A stretch of 64,000 nt of DNA, from assembly GCA_963719515.1 (NCBI GenBank), contig CAVRCJ010000003.1, forward strand, positions 576,001 to 640,000. The letters are read 5' to 3'. This DNA is from an uncultured cyanobacterium (GTDB taxonomy: Bacteria > Cyanobacteriota > Cyanobacteriia > CAKZMO01). Shown here in pieces: positions 52,509 through 62,277 of this stretch (position 1 is its first letter; each line of letters starts with the position of its first letter). The translations under genes and the position numbers were made by a program. Under the pieces are notes generated by a model. The model worked only from the letters and a program-made list of their open reading frames with translations, was not told the origin of the DNA and did no database searches.

Positions 52509-53906
52509 ATGGCCCAATCCCAGTCCAAATCCCTTTGGCACCACGTCACCCTAGCCTCACTTGCAGACTCATCACGTCTGCGGCAAAACGACTATGTGAC
52601 CCGCATGAGTGGCCTGCTGTCGAGCTGGCAGCGCGATAACTGGCTGCTGCGGTGGGCCGATACGATCGCTGTCGGGCTGGTGCTGCTGCTGTTTGTGGTT
52701 GCCCCCTTCACCTCCACGACCATCATTGGACTAGTGCTGCTGGCCTGCAGTGCGGTCTGGGGGCTACTGGTTCTCCGAGACCGGGCCATGGTCACCCCCA
52801 TCCACTTCGCGGTGCTGGCCTATTGGGGGGTCTCCACGGTGGCCATGGCTTTTTCTCCCGTGCGGGCCGAGGCCCTAGAGGGCTGGATTAAGCTCACTCT
52901 TTACCTAATTTTGTTTGCCCTTTTGGCCCAGCTGCTGCGCTCGCCCCGAATTCGCCGCTGGACGATTGCGGCCTATCTGTTGACCGCGCTCACCGTGGCC
53001 GCCGCTGGGCTGCGCCAGTGGTTTTTTGGGGCAGACGCCCTGGCAACCTGGGTGGACCCGGACTCATCCCTGGCGGGAACCACGCGGGTCTATAGCTACC
53101 TCGGCAACCCCAACCTGCTGGCCGGGTATCTCATTCCTGCCGTGCTGCTGAGCGCCGCCGCAGTTGTTGTCTGGCGCGGCACCGGCAAAGTGCTGGCGCT
53201 CACCATTGCCCTGGTGACCACCCTCTGCCTCGTGTTGACCTTTAGCCGGGGCGGCTGGATTGGCTTTGTGGCCGGAGGCTTTGTGTTTTTGGGGCTGCTG
53301 GTGCAGGGCCTGAGCGTCAAGCTGCCGCCACCCTGGCGTCGCTGGGCGCTGCCCGGCCTGCTGGCCACCACCGCCGCCACCCTCGCCGTTGCCGTGTCGG
53401 CGATCGCCCCCCTCCGGGACCGGGTCTCCACCATCTTCTCGGGCCGAGAGGACAGCAGCAACAATTTCCGCATCAACGTCTGGACTGCCGTCATTGACAT
53501 GATCAAAGCCCGCCCTATCTTAGGGATTGGCCCCGGCAACGATGCCTTCAACAAGGTCTACCCGTTTTACCAAGAGCCTGGCTACACGGCCCTGAGCGCC
53601 TACTCTGTGTTTCTAGAAATTCCTGTAGAGACGGGAATCATCGGCCTAGCCTGCTTTCTATGGCTATTGGTCGTGACCCTGAGCTGCGGCTGGCGAAACC
53701 TGCTGCGGCTGCGCCATGAGCCAGACAGTAGCTGGCTGTGGCTGATTGCCGCGATGGCGACCATGGTGGGAATGCTGGCCCACGGTCTGGTGGACACCGT
53801 TTGGTATCGGCCTCAAATCAGCATTCTCTGGTGGCTGATGCTAGCTCTCGTTGCCAGCTTCGATCGGCCTGCGACGCCGGAGGTCCGGCCAGAAGCGGCT
53901 TCTTAG
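52509..53906 (+). CDS. ictB: IctB-family membrane protein (O-antigen ligase-like)
   Basis: LATWVDP, RVYSYLGNPNLL, DSSNNFRINVW and DTVWYRP. Confidence 0.92.
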   Translation: MAQSQSKSLWHHVTLASLADSSRLRQNDYVTRMSGLLSSWQRDNWLLRWADTIAVGLVLLLFVVAPFTSTTIIGLVLLACSAVWGLLVLRDRAMVTPIHFAVLAYWGVSTVAMAFSPVRAEALEGWIKLTLYLILFALLAQLLRSPRIRRWTIAAYLLTALTVAAAGLRQWFFGADALATWVDPDSSLAGTTRVYSYLGNPNLLAGYLIPAVLLSAAAVVVWRGTGKVLALTIALVTTLCLVLTFSRGGWIGFVAGGFVFLGLLVQGLSVKLPPPWRRWALPGLLATTAATLAVAVSAIAPLRDRVSTIFSGREDSSNNFRINVWTAVIDMIKARPILGIGPGNDAFNKVYPFYQEPGYTALSAYSVFLEIPVETGIIGLACFLWLLVVTLSCGWRNLLRLRHEPDSSWLWLIAAMATMVGMLAHGLVDTVWYRPQISILWWLMLALVASFDRPATPEVRPEAAS

Positions 53907-54124
53907 ATTTGACGCCCCACCTGCGCTGGGTTGATCAGTCCTTCTAGTTGGGAGAGCTGCTCCTCAATAGCGGTGAGCCGCTCCTGACAAGGCTTCATCC
54001 CCAAATACAGGGTTAGTGCCGCAATCATGATGTCCGACTTGGTCTGTCCAGTGGCGTGCATCCGAGCGGCGATCGCCCGCTCTAGCTCGGGTGAAATTCT
54101 TGCACCGATAAATGAATTTGCCAT
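53903..54124 (-). CDS. Small RHH-like DNA-binding protein with coiled-coil tail
   Basis: FIGARISPEL...TKSDIMIAAL..YL...ERLTAIEEQL. Confidence 0.6.
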   Translation of the reverse strand: MANSFIGARISPELERAIAARMHATGQTKSDIMIAALTLYLGMKPCQERLTAIEEQLSQLEGLINPAQVGRQI

Positions 54125-54491
54125 GTCGTTGGGGTGGCGCCGATCGGCAGCAAAGGTTCTCACAGGGCGTTAGGGCAAGGAGACGTCAAGGGCACAGTGA
54201 CAATGCTTGCTTCTAGCAGATTTGCCAGAATCATAACAAGTTGCCTAGCGGACTGATGCTACTGTGACAGGAAATTAACATCGCTGCGGCGCATTCTCTC
54301 AAGCCTGCCGCATTCCTACGGCTTTTCACCCAAGGGCTGTCAACGGATGGGTCGACTCGATTCAACCTATGGAATAAAACTTAAGATATGTTGCCAAATA
54401 TTACCGTTATCGTTTGTTATCATAACAAGTAGAAAGCTTTGTAAAGAAGCATTGCTAAGCGCTGATTACGCCGTGAATAGGGGGATAACCG

Positions 54492-55226
54492 TTGACTAGC
54501 AAGTGCAAGATTCTAGTCGTTGACGACGAAGCGGCCATCCGCCAGATTTTGTCGACTCGCCTTGCGATGGGGGGGTATGACGTTGCTGTGGCATCCAATG
54601 GCCAAGAGGCGCTGCAGATGTTTCCTCAAGAAAACCCTGACCTTGTCGTCTTGGACGTGATGATGCCCAAGATCGACGGGTTAACGGTTTGCCGGGAGCT
54701 GCGCAAGACGTCCGACATTCCAATCATTATGCTAACGGCCTTAGGGGAGATCGCCGACCGGATTGTGGGCCTAGAAATGGGGGCCGACGACTATATCTCC
54801 AAACCGTTCTCTCCGAAAGAGCTAGAAGCCCGCATTAAGGCTATTTTGCGGCGCACGGAGCAGGCCAGCCTAAACAGCGACTCCGCCGTAGGGGTCATTC
54901 AGGTCGGAGGGCTGCAGGTAGATGTCAACAAGCGGCAGGTCTATGTCGACGGCAAGCGAATCCGCCTGACGGGCATTGAGTTTGACCTACTGCAGCTGCT
55001 CGTAAACCGCTCGGGCGAGTCTATCCCTAGGGCCGACATCCTCAACGAGATTTGGGGCTATACCCCGAGCCGCCACAGCGACCTGCGCGTAGTCGATGTG
55101 CATGTGTCGCGCCTGCGCTCGAAGCTTGAAGACGATCCGAGCAACCCAGAGTTTATCCACACTGACCGGGGGCGGGGCTACTTTTTCCCGAAGGTGTCAA
55201 CGCTGCCGGAATCGATTAGCGCCTGA
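54492..55226 (+). CDS. OmpR-family response regulator, RpaB-like paralogue
   Basis: ILVVDDE..RQIL.TRL, LDVMMP, KPFSPKEL and RVVDVHVSRLRSKLEDDP. Confidence 0.9.
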   Translation: MTSKCKILVVDDEAAIRQILSTRLAMGGYDVAVASNGQEALQMFPQENPDLVVLDVMMPKIDGLTVCRELRKTSDIPIIMLTALGEIADRIVGLEMGADDYISKPFSPKELEARIKAILRRTEQASLNSDSAVGVIQVGGLQVDVNKRQVYVDGKRIRLTGIEFDLLQLLVNRSGESIPRADILNEIWGYTPSRHSDLRVVDVHVSRLRSKLEDDPSNPEFIHTDRGRGYFFPKVSTLPESISA

Positions 55227-55244
55227 AGCGGCTCTCAACTTTAG

Positions 55245-55635
55245 CGACTAGACAAGAAGCCCCGCGCTCTACCCGCTAGGGTGAGCGTCGGGATGAGAGT
55301 CGCGCTAGCCGAAGTGCGCCCGCAAAATGATGCACAGCGGATGTGCGCTCAGCGCTGAGGCTAGCAGTTGGTATGATAGAGATAGCAAGGTGATACACCC
55401 CGCAAAGAGTGTGACGGGCCCGTAGGCGAAAGCTGCAAGTCACCCGTTCCTCAGTTTGCAAATGTATCTGCGACACATAGTGCGTATCCTCCCTCGCGGA
55501 GATGAAAATTCAAAACTCTGCCGTGGGGCATCAGGCGGAGTATAAACCTATCTCAGGATATGTCCCGGCAATAGCTGGGAGTCACTGAGGAAGCCCGCGC
55601 TGTACAGCTTGCTGTCAGCGTCGGGAGGATGTCAC
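55245..55635 (+). mobile_element. Non-autonomous IS200/IS605 mini-element (391 bp)
   Basis: TTTAG|CGACTAG..AAGCCCCGCGCTC..GAGCGTCGGGATG (LE) and GAAGCCCGCGCTG..CAGCGTCGGGAGGATGTCAC (RE). Confidence 0.87.
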
Positions 55636-55655
55636 GACTAAGTTGGAATCAGCTC
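55384..55655 (+). ncRNA. Candidate omegaRNA scaffold plus flank-derived guide
   Basis: Extended -10 at 55369-55377 and many stems ending at the IS right end; boundaries approximate. Confidence 0.5.
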
Positions 55656-55919
55656 TCCCGGACGCAGCTTGGCCCACTTGCCTGTTTCTTCCTGGAAGCT
55701 GTTGCAGCCTACGACGTCGTACTCAAAACCGAAGTCTCCTTCCTGCACGATGCGATCGCCTTTGACGCTCACTTTGGGTGGCGTGATGTTGGCGTTGATT
55801 GTGGGGCTGTCGGGCATGAAGCTCGGCGACTCGCTGAGATGGGGCTGTTGATGTTTAGTTTCCACCTCGTGATAGGTGATACAGCGATCAACGTAGTGGC
55901 AATTTATGCAAATGCACAT
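55638..55919 (-). CDS. ycf34: Ycf34 Fe-S protein
   Basis: MCICINC.YVDRC.TYH.VE..H...EYDVVGC.SF..E.GKW. Confidence 0.92.
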   Translation of the reverse strand: MCICINCHYVDRCITYHEVETKHQQPHLSESPSFMPDSPTINANITPPKVSVKGDRIVQEGDFGFEYDVVGCNSFQEETGKWAKLRPGELIPT

Positions 55920-56422
55920 GGCTGATTTTCCTATAACGACACTCTAATAAATTTAGGCGCTGATTAGGCGCTGCTGACGTGAGGTATGCACCCTGCGGGG
56001 ACAGGGCACTGCCATACCCCTACCGCTTAACCTTGGGCTTATCCGAGGCAGCGGATTCACACCTTGGTTCAGCCCCATCCAAATTCAGAACTACAAGCTT
56101 AGATCCATAGGCCCGAAGACCTCAGATTCAATTCCACTGTAGCGCATTTAGAATTAGAGCTAGGTGCCGAGGGGCTAGGCTTGTCCGGCATTCTGAATCG
56201 CTCAACTTTTTCAAGCGGACTCCTCGCTCAGCTGGAGAAGTGGCATAGGGCACTATCTGTAGCTAACGCGACAGTTATAGGATCAAGGCAGTTGATTCAA
56301 AGCATTGATCGTTAAAACCATCTACCCATTCTGTGTTAGTCAACTGCGTGATGTCAGCCTCTAGCGACTCAGGGTCGTGGAAGTAGGCATCAATACCCTA
56401 ATGCGTGTGGAGGATTGAACCA

Positions 56423-56824
56423 ATGATTAACTTTCGTTTTGTACTCGCTACAGCGAGCCTGCTCATTCCCTTGGCCGTGGCCGGACCTGCGCGGGCAGAG
56501 ACCATCAGCACTCCCATCCAAAACTACCAGGTTGGCGGATCGTCCGGCGGCCCCCAGCAAAGCAGCTGCGGGTTCATTGGCGCACCCGCGCTACAAATTC
56601 AGGTCAACGAGCCCCTAGCCTCTCTTCGATTTCGCGCCAGCGGCGGCGGGGCTCTGACCCTTTTGGTCACCGATGGCCAGAGTCAAGACTGCGTCATGTC
56701 TGACGGTCTCTCCGGTGGGGCGGTCTCGCTTCCGGGGGTGTGGGAGCGCGGCACCTACTCCGTCCACGTCGGCGATCGCAACGGAGATTCCCACCGCTAT
56801 CAGCTCTCGGTTACCCAAGAGTAG
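56423..56824 (+). CDS. Secreted hypothetical protein
   Basis: Signal peptide, CGFI and GTYSVHVG segments; GGAGG upstream. Confidence 0.65.
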   Translation: MINFRFVLATASLLIPLAVAGPARAETISTPIQNYQVGGSSGGPQQSSCGFIGAPALQIQVNEPLASLRFRASGGGALTLLVTDGQSQDCVMSDGLSGGAVSLPGVWERGTYSVHVGDRNGDSHRYQLSVTQE

Positions 56825-56859
56825 ACAGGTTCAGGGCTGCTGCTGGCGCAAATTGGCGG

Positions 56860-57558
56860 CTACTCTGCGCCAAGGAGAGCCTGCTCAAGTGCAGCGGCGC
56901 TGGCAGCCGGGACTAGATTAGACCGAAGCAAAATTTGCTCTGGTGTCACGTCAGCTTGGGAATAAAAGGCTTCGTTGCGCTCCTCATCGAAGCCGATGAT
57001 GCTGCCGTCGAAGGCAACCCCACCAAATAAACCTGAACTGCGGGAGTAAACCAGAATATCGTCTTCCGCGATTTCAGCTGGGTCTGCCAAGCTATCGCTA
57101 ATCGGTCCGGCGGTCCCAGAGAGATCAGCGCCGAATTCTGCTCCGCCGTTGATGATGTCGGCTACGGTTTGGTTGTCTTGCACCAGCATTACAATATCGC
57201 TGGAGCGCCCGCCAAACTGCAGGCCAATGCTGCCGCCCCCCAAAGAAACAAAGGCTGGGTTGCTCCAAGACCCATCCGCCTCGCGAACGACCATCAGGCC
57301 GTCACCATAGCGCCCGCCGACAATAAAGCCCCCTTGGCCCAAATTTGTGATGATGATGATGGCCTGGCTTTGCTGAATCAATGCGGAAGGAATGCGGGTA
57401 TCGGGGTCGGCGACGATTGTCTCGAAAACGGCCTGAGATTCGGCTATCTCGTCAACTGCCTCCTCGATGTCTTCTTCGATGCTGTCCGCTAGGACTGGGA
57501 TAGCGGCCCCAGTCGTCAACAGTACTGCTGCCGCAGCTACTAGGATTGGTTTCAGCAT
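56860..57558 (-). CDS. SYLF/YSC84 lipid-binding domain protein
   Basis: GGFIVGG..G.G, WSNPAF..GGSIGLQFG and YSRSSGLFGG. Confidence 0.88.
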   Translation of the reverse strand: MLKPILVAAAAVLLTTGAAIPVLADSIEEDIEEAVDEIAESQAVFETIVADPDTRIPSALIQQSQAIIIITNLGQGGFIVGGRYGDGLMVVREADGSWSNPAFVSLGGGSIGLQFGGRSSDIVMLVQDNQTVADIINGGAEFGADLSGTAGPISDSLADPAEIAEDDILVYSRSSGLFGGVAFDGSIIGFDEERNEAFYSQADVTPEQILLRSNLVPAASAAALEQALLGAE

Positions 57559-57775
57559 GAGGTGGTCTCCTTATACAGAATAGAGGGTTGTAGCGAATAC
57601 AGATACACCGCTAAATCCAATAGCTCATTCAACACCCTATGATATTTAGCTTAGCTCCAGATTAGACAAGAACTGACACCGCCCCGGGTTAGATTTAGAG
57701 GCCATCCGCAAGGCCAGTTAAGATACAATTCAACGGTATTGGGTCATTTGCGATGGATACGACATCAGGCTGGCT

Positions 57776-58207
57776 GTGGTGCCGAAGCTATTTTCCTCTT
57801 TGCTGTCTTCTCTGCTGCTGCTGCTGGCATACAGTAGCTTTAGCTGGTTTCTGAGCCACCAGGCGCTAGGGCCAGTGGCTTGGGCTGTGGCGATCGCCTT
57901 CACCCTAGCGCAAGCGCTGCTGCTCACAATACAGGCCGATCGCTCTCAGCTCGCCCTCAATGGCTGGCTCCAGTCAGACCTAGGCTACTTTTCCTTGGTA
58001 ATTATTGGGGCTATATTCATTGCCTTTGCGTTTGTCTGGGCGCGAATCTTCGGCTATGTCCTAGTCGTGTTTGCTGCAGAGATTTTGGTGCGCTTAGATC
58101 TGCAGCTCATGGGATTTAACCGCGCTCAGTCGCTCGTCATCCTAATGCTTGTTTCGTTTGGCGGGCTATCCGTAGGCTGGGTCGCGAGCCAGTACATTCA
58201 GCCCTAG
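57776..58207 (+). CDS. Hypothetical membrane protein
   Basis: Mostly hydrophobic ORF; start uncertain. Confidence 0.6.
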   Translation: MVPKLFSSLLSSLLLLLAYSSFSWFLSHQALGPVAWAVAIAFTLAQALLLTIQADRSQLALNGWLQSDLGYFSLVIIGAIFIAFAFVWARIFGYVLVVFAAEILVRLDLQLMGFNRAQSLVILMLVSFGGLSVGWVASQYIQP

Positions 58208-58890
58208 CTTGCTTCACTCTGCTGGAGCTGCTGAATCTGAGAGCACACGGCAGCGCCCGCTGCCGCTGTTGGGCAAGCATCAAGGCAAGGCTGCGCGTAG
58301 GTAGACTGGGGTTCGAGGGAAGGAAGCTGGCCAAAAACCATGTCGCAGCCTAGCGTTTCGAAGTCTGGCGTCATCGTCAACGGAATGCCAAACTGCTCTG
58401 TGAAAAACGCTTGAGTGGGAAGCTTGCACATATTGACGCACATGCCCACGCAGCCGCTGCGCTCTAGGTAGCGGCATTTTTCAATATGGACGCTGCTCTT
58501 TTGAGTCGTGGTGCCCTCGGGCGTTAAGATTTCCGCCGTTTCAACTTGGCAAGGTCCCACCAGCCACTCAAACATGATGCTGGCAAACCAGGCATTGAGC
58601 TCGCAGACCAGCTGGGTGGGCGAAAAGGCGGTGCGGATGAAGGCTAGAACTGGGGATGGAATGAGAGAGTGCAAGATCGTGGTGACGGCCTGCTGCTGCT
58701 CGTCGGCACTGCGGCCCCGCATGATCTGCTGCGATAGATCGACAATGCCGTCATAGCTCTTAATCGAGGTGTGAGTGTTGGACGCCCGGGCCATTTTGCG
58801 GATGAAGAGTAGGATAAAGAGCCGGTCCATAGGGCCGTCATGGTATGCAGTATCGTCGCGGTTGGGGAGGGCTGCGGTCTCTAAAGACAT
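58204..58890 (-). CDS. DUF4033 / D27 beta-carotene isomerase-like protein
   Basis: WLVGPC, KCRYLE.SGC.GMC.NMCKLPTQ.FF and C.M.FG. Confidence 0.85.
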   Translation of the reverse strand: MSLETAALPNRDDTAYHDGPMDRLFILLFIRKMARASNTHTSIKSYDGIVDLSQQIMRGRSADEQQQAVTTILHSLIPSPVLAFIRTAFSPTQLVCELNAWFASIMFEWLVGPCQVETAEILTPEGTTTQKSSVHIEKCRYLERSGCVGMCVNMCKLPTQAFFTEQFGIPLTMTPDFETLGCDMVFGQLPSLEPQSTYAQPCLDACPTAAAGAAVCSQIQQLQQSEAS

Positions 58891-59038
58891 TTTTTGTAGA
58901 GGCGAATAGCGATGAGGCGGATATCTTCAATTGTAAGGGGGTGGTGCTGAGTAAGCGGGTCGCGCTGAGCTGCAGGGTGAAGTCCCGAGGCTGTGAAGTA
59001 TGCGTTTCTTGCGGACGTGGCACCACGTTCCCACCACA

Positions 59039-59686
59039 CTAATCTTTTAAGCGGCGGGCCATGACCGCGTAAAAGGGGTCACCGCCGCCAATCCCCAGCA
59101 TTCTCAGCATCGCCGGAGCCTCGGAGGTGTGGGTAATCCCTTCCGGCTGCGAGAATCCTGGCGTCGACTGAAAATAGTGCTTCACGAGCTGAACGCGATC
59201 GCCCTCGGACCCCTCTCGCCAGGCCTGGACGGCCTTTTGGTAAAACATGCGGTTGGAAAAGCTGAAGATGGCGACGCCGTCGGGCTTGAGGATGCGGTGG
59301 ACCTCAGCAAAGACCTGGTCTGGGTATTGGAGATACTGCACCGAGACGGCGTTGAGCACAGCGTGAACGGATTGGTCGGGCAGCGGCAGGGTCTGGTTTT
59401 CGTTTAGGTTTTGCACGAAGTAGTGGTCGAACCGGGGGTTGCGGGCCAGCTCTGCCTCGTTGAGGCCATGGCCTTCAATATGCTCAAAGGTGATGTCGTC
59501 GGGGAGATGGGAGACCCAGCTGCTCATCATGTCGAAGATGCGGGTGTTGGGCTGCAGCTGCTCTCGGTAGAGCTGGGTGAGCCGGTCGATGAAGCCCTCG
59601 TCGACGTGGGTGACGAAGCGGGGCTGGTCGTAGAATTGGGCGTCGTTGGTGGGGTCGAGCTTGGTGCGCTGGGTGGGGCTGAGCAT
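59039..59686 (-). CDS. Class I SAM-dependent methyltransferase
   Basis: FY..PRFVTHVD, DMMSSWVSHLP and SFSNR. Confidence 0.88.
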   Translation of the reverse strand: MLSPTQRTKLDPTNDAQFYDQPRFVTHVDEGFIDRLTQLYREQLQPNTRIFDMMSSWVSHLPDDITFEHIEGHGLNEAELARNPRFDHYFVQNLNENQTLPLPDQSVHAVLNAVSVQYLQYPDQVFAEVHRILKPDGVAIFSFSNRMFYQKAVQAWREGSEGDRVQLVKHYFQSTPGFSQPEGITHTSEAPAMLRMLGIGGGDPFYAVMARRLKD

Positions 59687-59745
59687 GTTAATGGTGGGGG
59701 GTGGTTACAATTGACGGCGGAAGTCTCTAATCTAATTGTAAAGTT

Positions 59746-60019
59746 TTGAAACGATCAGGCAATGGGCCGCTGGTGCAGCACTCTTTAGCAGCTGCCGCTT
59801 CGGAGCTATCGGGGGCGCTGTTCTCTCCCTGCGATCGCTATCGCTACAGCCTTTGGCGCACCTGGAATTTGGCGCAGCCCCGACTTTTGATTGTTGGCCT
59901 CAATCCCTCAACTGCAGACGCCACGGCAAATGACCCAACAATCCGCCGCTGCGTCGGCTTTGCCCAGTCCTGGGGCTACGGCAGCGTCACGGTGACGAAT
60001 TTGTTTGCGTGGCGATCGC
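59746..60019 (+). pseudogene. DUF1643-family protein, 5' fragment
   Basis: YRYSLWRTW, GLNPSTAD, DPTIRRC..FA..WG and NLFAWR, then similarity ends at a HIP1 site. Confidence 0.8.
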
Positions 60020-61015
60020 GCCTTTTTAGACCAGCTTTGGGACGCTGCCCTAGCCGCTATGGCCTGGATTGACCGGCGAAGCCGCGAGGCCGGGTATGTG
60101 GCCTACGAGCGGGAATCTCCTGAGGGGCTACAAAATCAAGGCTGGAAAGATTCTGACAACGGCATTGTCAACGCCCAGGGCGAAATGGCCCAAGGGTCGA
60201 TTACGCTGGCGGAGGTGCAGGGGTACGTCTACGCGGCCCAGGTGCGGCTGAGCCAGATTGCCCGCGTCAAAGGAGAGCTAGAGGCTGAGCCACCGCTGGC
60301 AGCAGCAGGCTGAGCAGCTCAAAGAGCGCTTCGAGCGAGATTTTTGGCTGCCGTCAAGGGCTATCTGGCGATCGCCCTTGACGGCAACGGTAAACCGGCG
60401 AATAGCATCACCTCCAACCCAGGCCACTGCCTCGCCTCAGGCATCCTCTCGCCCGAAAAGGCCCGCAGCGTTGCCGAGCGTTTACAAGCTCCCGATATGT
60501 TCAGCGGCTGGGGCATTCGCACCCTCAGCAGCGCCTCACCCGCCTACAACCCCATGGGCTATCACGTCGGTTCGGTGTGGCCCCACGACAACGGCATGAT
60601 TGTGGTGGGACTACGCGCTCTGGGGTTTACAGAACAGGCGTTTGAAGTGGCCCAAAGTCTATTCGACATGACGGCGCAGCAGCCCTACCACCGCCCGCCG
60701 GAGCTATTTTGTGGCTTTGAGCGCACCCCTGAAAGTGCGCCAGTGCGCTATCCGGTCGCCTGCTCCCCCCAAGCTTGGGCCACGGGTACGGTGTTTCAGC
60801 TGCTGCAAATGATGGCTAACTTGGTGCCGGATGCCCCCAACAACTGTCTGCAAATTGTCCATCCCGCCCTGCCGCCCTCGATTTGTTATCTGTCCCTGCA
60901 AAATCTAAAGATTGGCCAGACGGTGCTGGATTTAGAGTTTGAGCGCGCCAACGGAACTACGGCCTGTCGGGTGGTTCGCAATCGCGGTAATTTGCGGGTG
61001 GTGATTGAGGCGTGA
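60011..61015 (+). pseudogene. Amylo-alpha-1,6-glucosidase (glycogen debranching-like), 3' fragment with frameshifts
   Basis: GDRAFL..LW, NQGWKDS, EVQGYVY, SGWGIRT, YHVGSVWPHDN, PELFCG and CSPQAWA. Confidence 0.85.
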
Positions 61016-61802
61016 AGGACAGTATTCAATTATGTGGATATCGCACACCCTGAACTGCACCCCCTTAGAATAAATATATTACCGGCCTTCTCTAGCGCTT
61101 TGACTGGGGTCTTCAGACAGGCCTCATTCAAAAAAACGCTGCAGATCCCAAACTTGCCTCTGTAGTAGGTAGGAGCTTGATGATGTCTCAAAAGAATACA
61201 GTGCTTTTTGATGTTCGGTTTGGTGCCTATCCTGATAAGTTTGGCGGCGCTTTGAGATGTGCTGCAGGAAGTCCGCCTACTGTTGGTGAAGGTGCCCAAT
61301 GGGTAGACCCAGCTACCAGCATAATAACCCTGTGGAGAATACAGAAGGTTGAGCACTACGTTTGCTTTGGATGCCCGTCTGACGGAATACCAGCTTCGTC
61401 CAAGGCATTTGGTGCTGTGTGGTTCGAAAAGATTGCTGATCTGGGGACAGAGTTGTACTCCTACAGCACCAAACCTAGACCAGTCAGATCTTAGGCAATC
61501 GCGTTTTTATCCCTTGTCAAAACATCAACTGATTGATTACGACGCTCGTTAAAACTCATAGGAAGCGAGCGGCCCCACGCCTACTAATAGAGGCAAGCAG
61601 TAGTACAGCGTTTTTACGCTGATGGAATTTTCTATACATATTCCAGTAGGTAAGCAATGCCTCCAACAGCTGAGTAGAGAAAATTTAGGGTGAAATGAGA
61701 AAAATCTATACAATCTCAAACGCGCCCAGGCTATCAGAAGCATAAAAGCGATCGCCTGTCTTCCCACGTGTACTCTTCATTCACGTCCTATCAGAGGTCC
61801 AT

Positions 61803-62099
61803 ATGGCAACATTAACCAAAGGCACCCTTGTCACGATTATTGGGGAAGCCGTTTTACAAGAGCGCTTAGTTCATTTATTTACTCAGCTCAGAGTATCAGG
61901 CTACACATTGATTCCTGCTAAGGGAGCCGGTAGCCATGGTAAACGTATGGGCGATGTTGAAGGCTACAATACCAACATTGAAATCAAAACCATCGTTAAC
62001 TCAGCAATTTCTGATCAGCTATTAGAGGCCGTTAGACCACTTCAAGCAACCCATGCTCTGATTGCCTTTCGGCAAGAAGTAGAAGGATTATTTGATTAA
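61803..62099 (+). CDS. PII-like (SbtB-like) signalling protein
   Basis: LVTIIGE..L, SGYT...KG.GSHG.R and NIEIKTIV pattern; GAGG RBS. Confidence 0.75.
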   Translation: MATLTKGTLVTIIGEAVLQERLVHLFTQLRVSGYTLIPAKGAGSHGKRMGDVEGYNTNIEIKTIVNSAISDQLLEAVRPLQATHALIAFRQEVEGLFD

Positions 62100-62277
62100 T
62101 TGGTGGTGAATCACCAGGTGGTAGGTAAAACCCTGTGGCGTTGCTAAATCAAACTTGAGGTAGTGCAGGATCACACAAACGAAGTGCACCATATAGACGT
62201 ACTTTGAATAGCAAAACGTTTTGCGATATCGACATAGTATTCTCAACTAAGTGGTTAGACATCGTCAATTAACGTCA

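Noticed and set aside
61030..61767. Several short ORFs in the AT-rich patch
   Set aside because: Mutually overlapping with no recognisable family; possibly decayed sequence.
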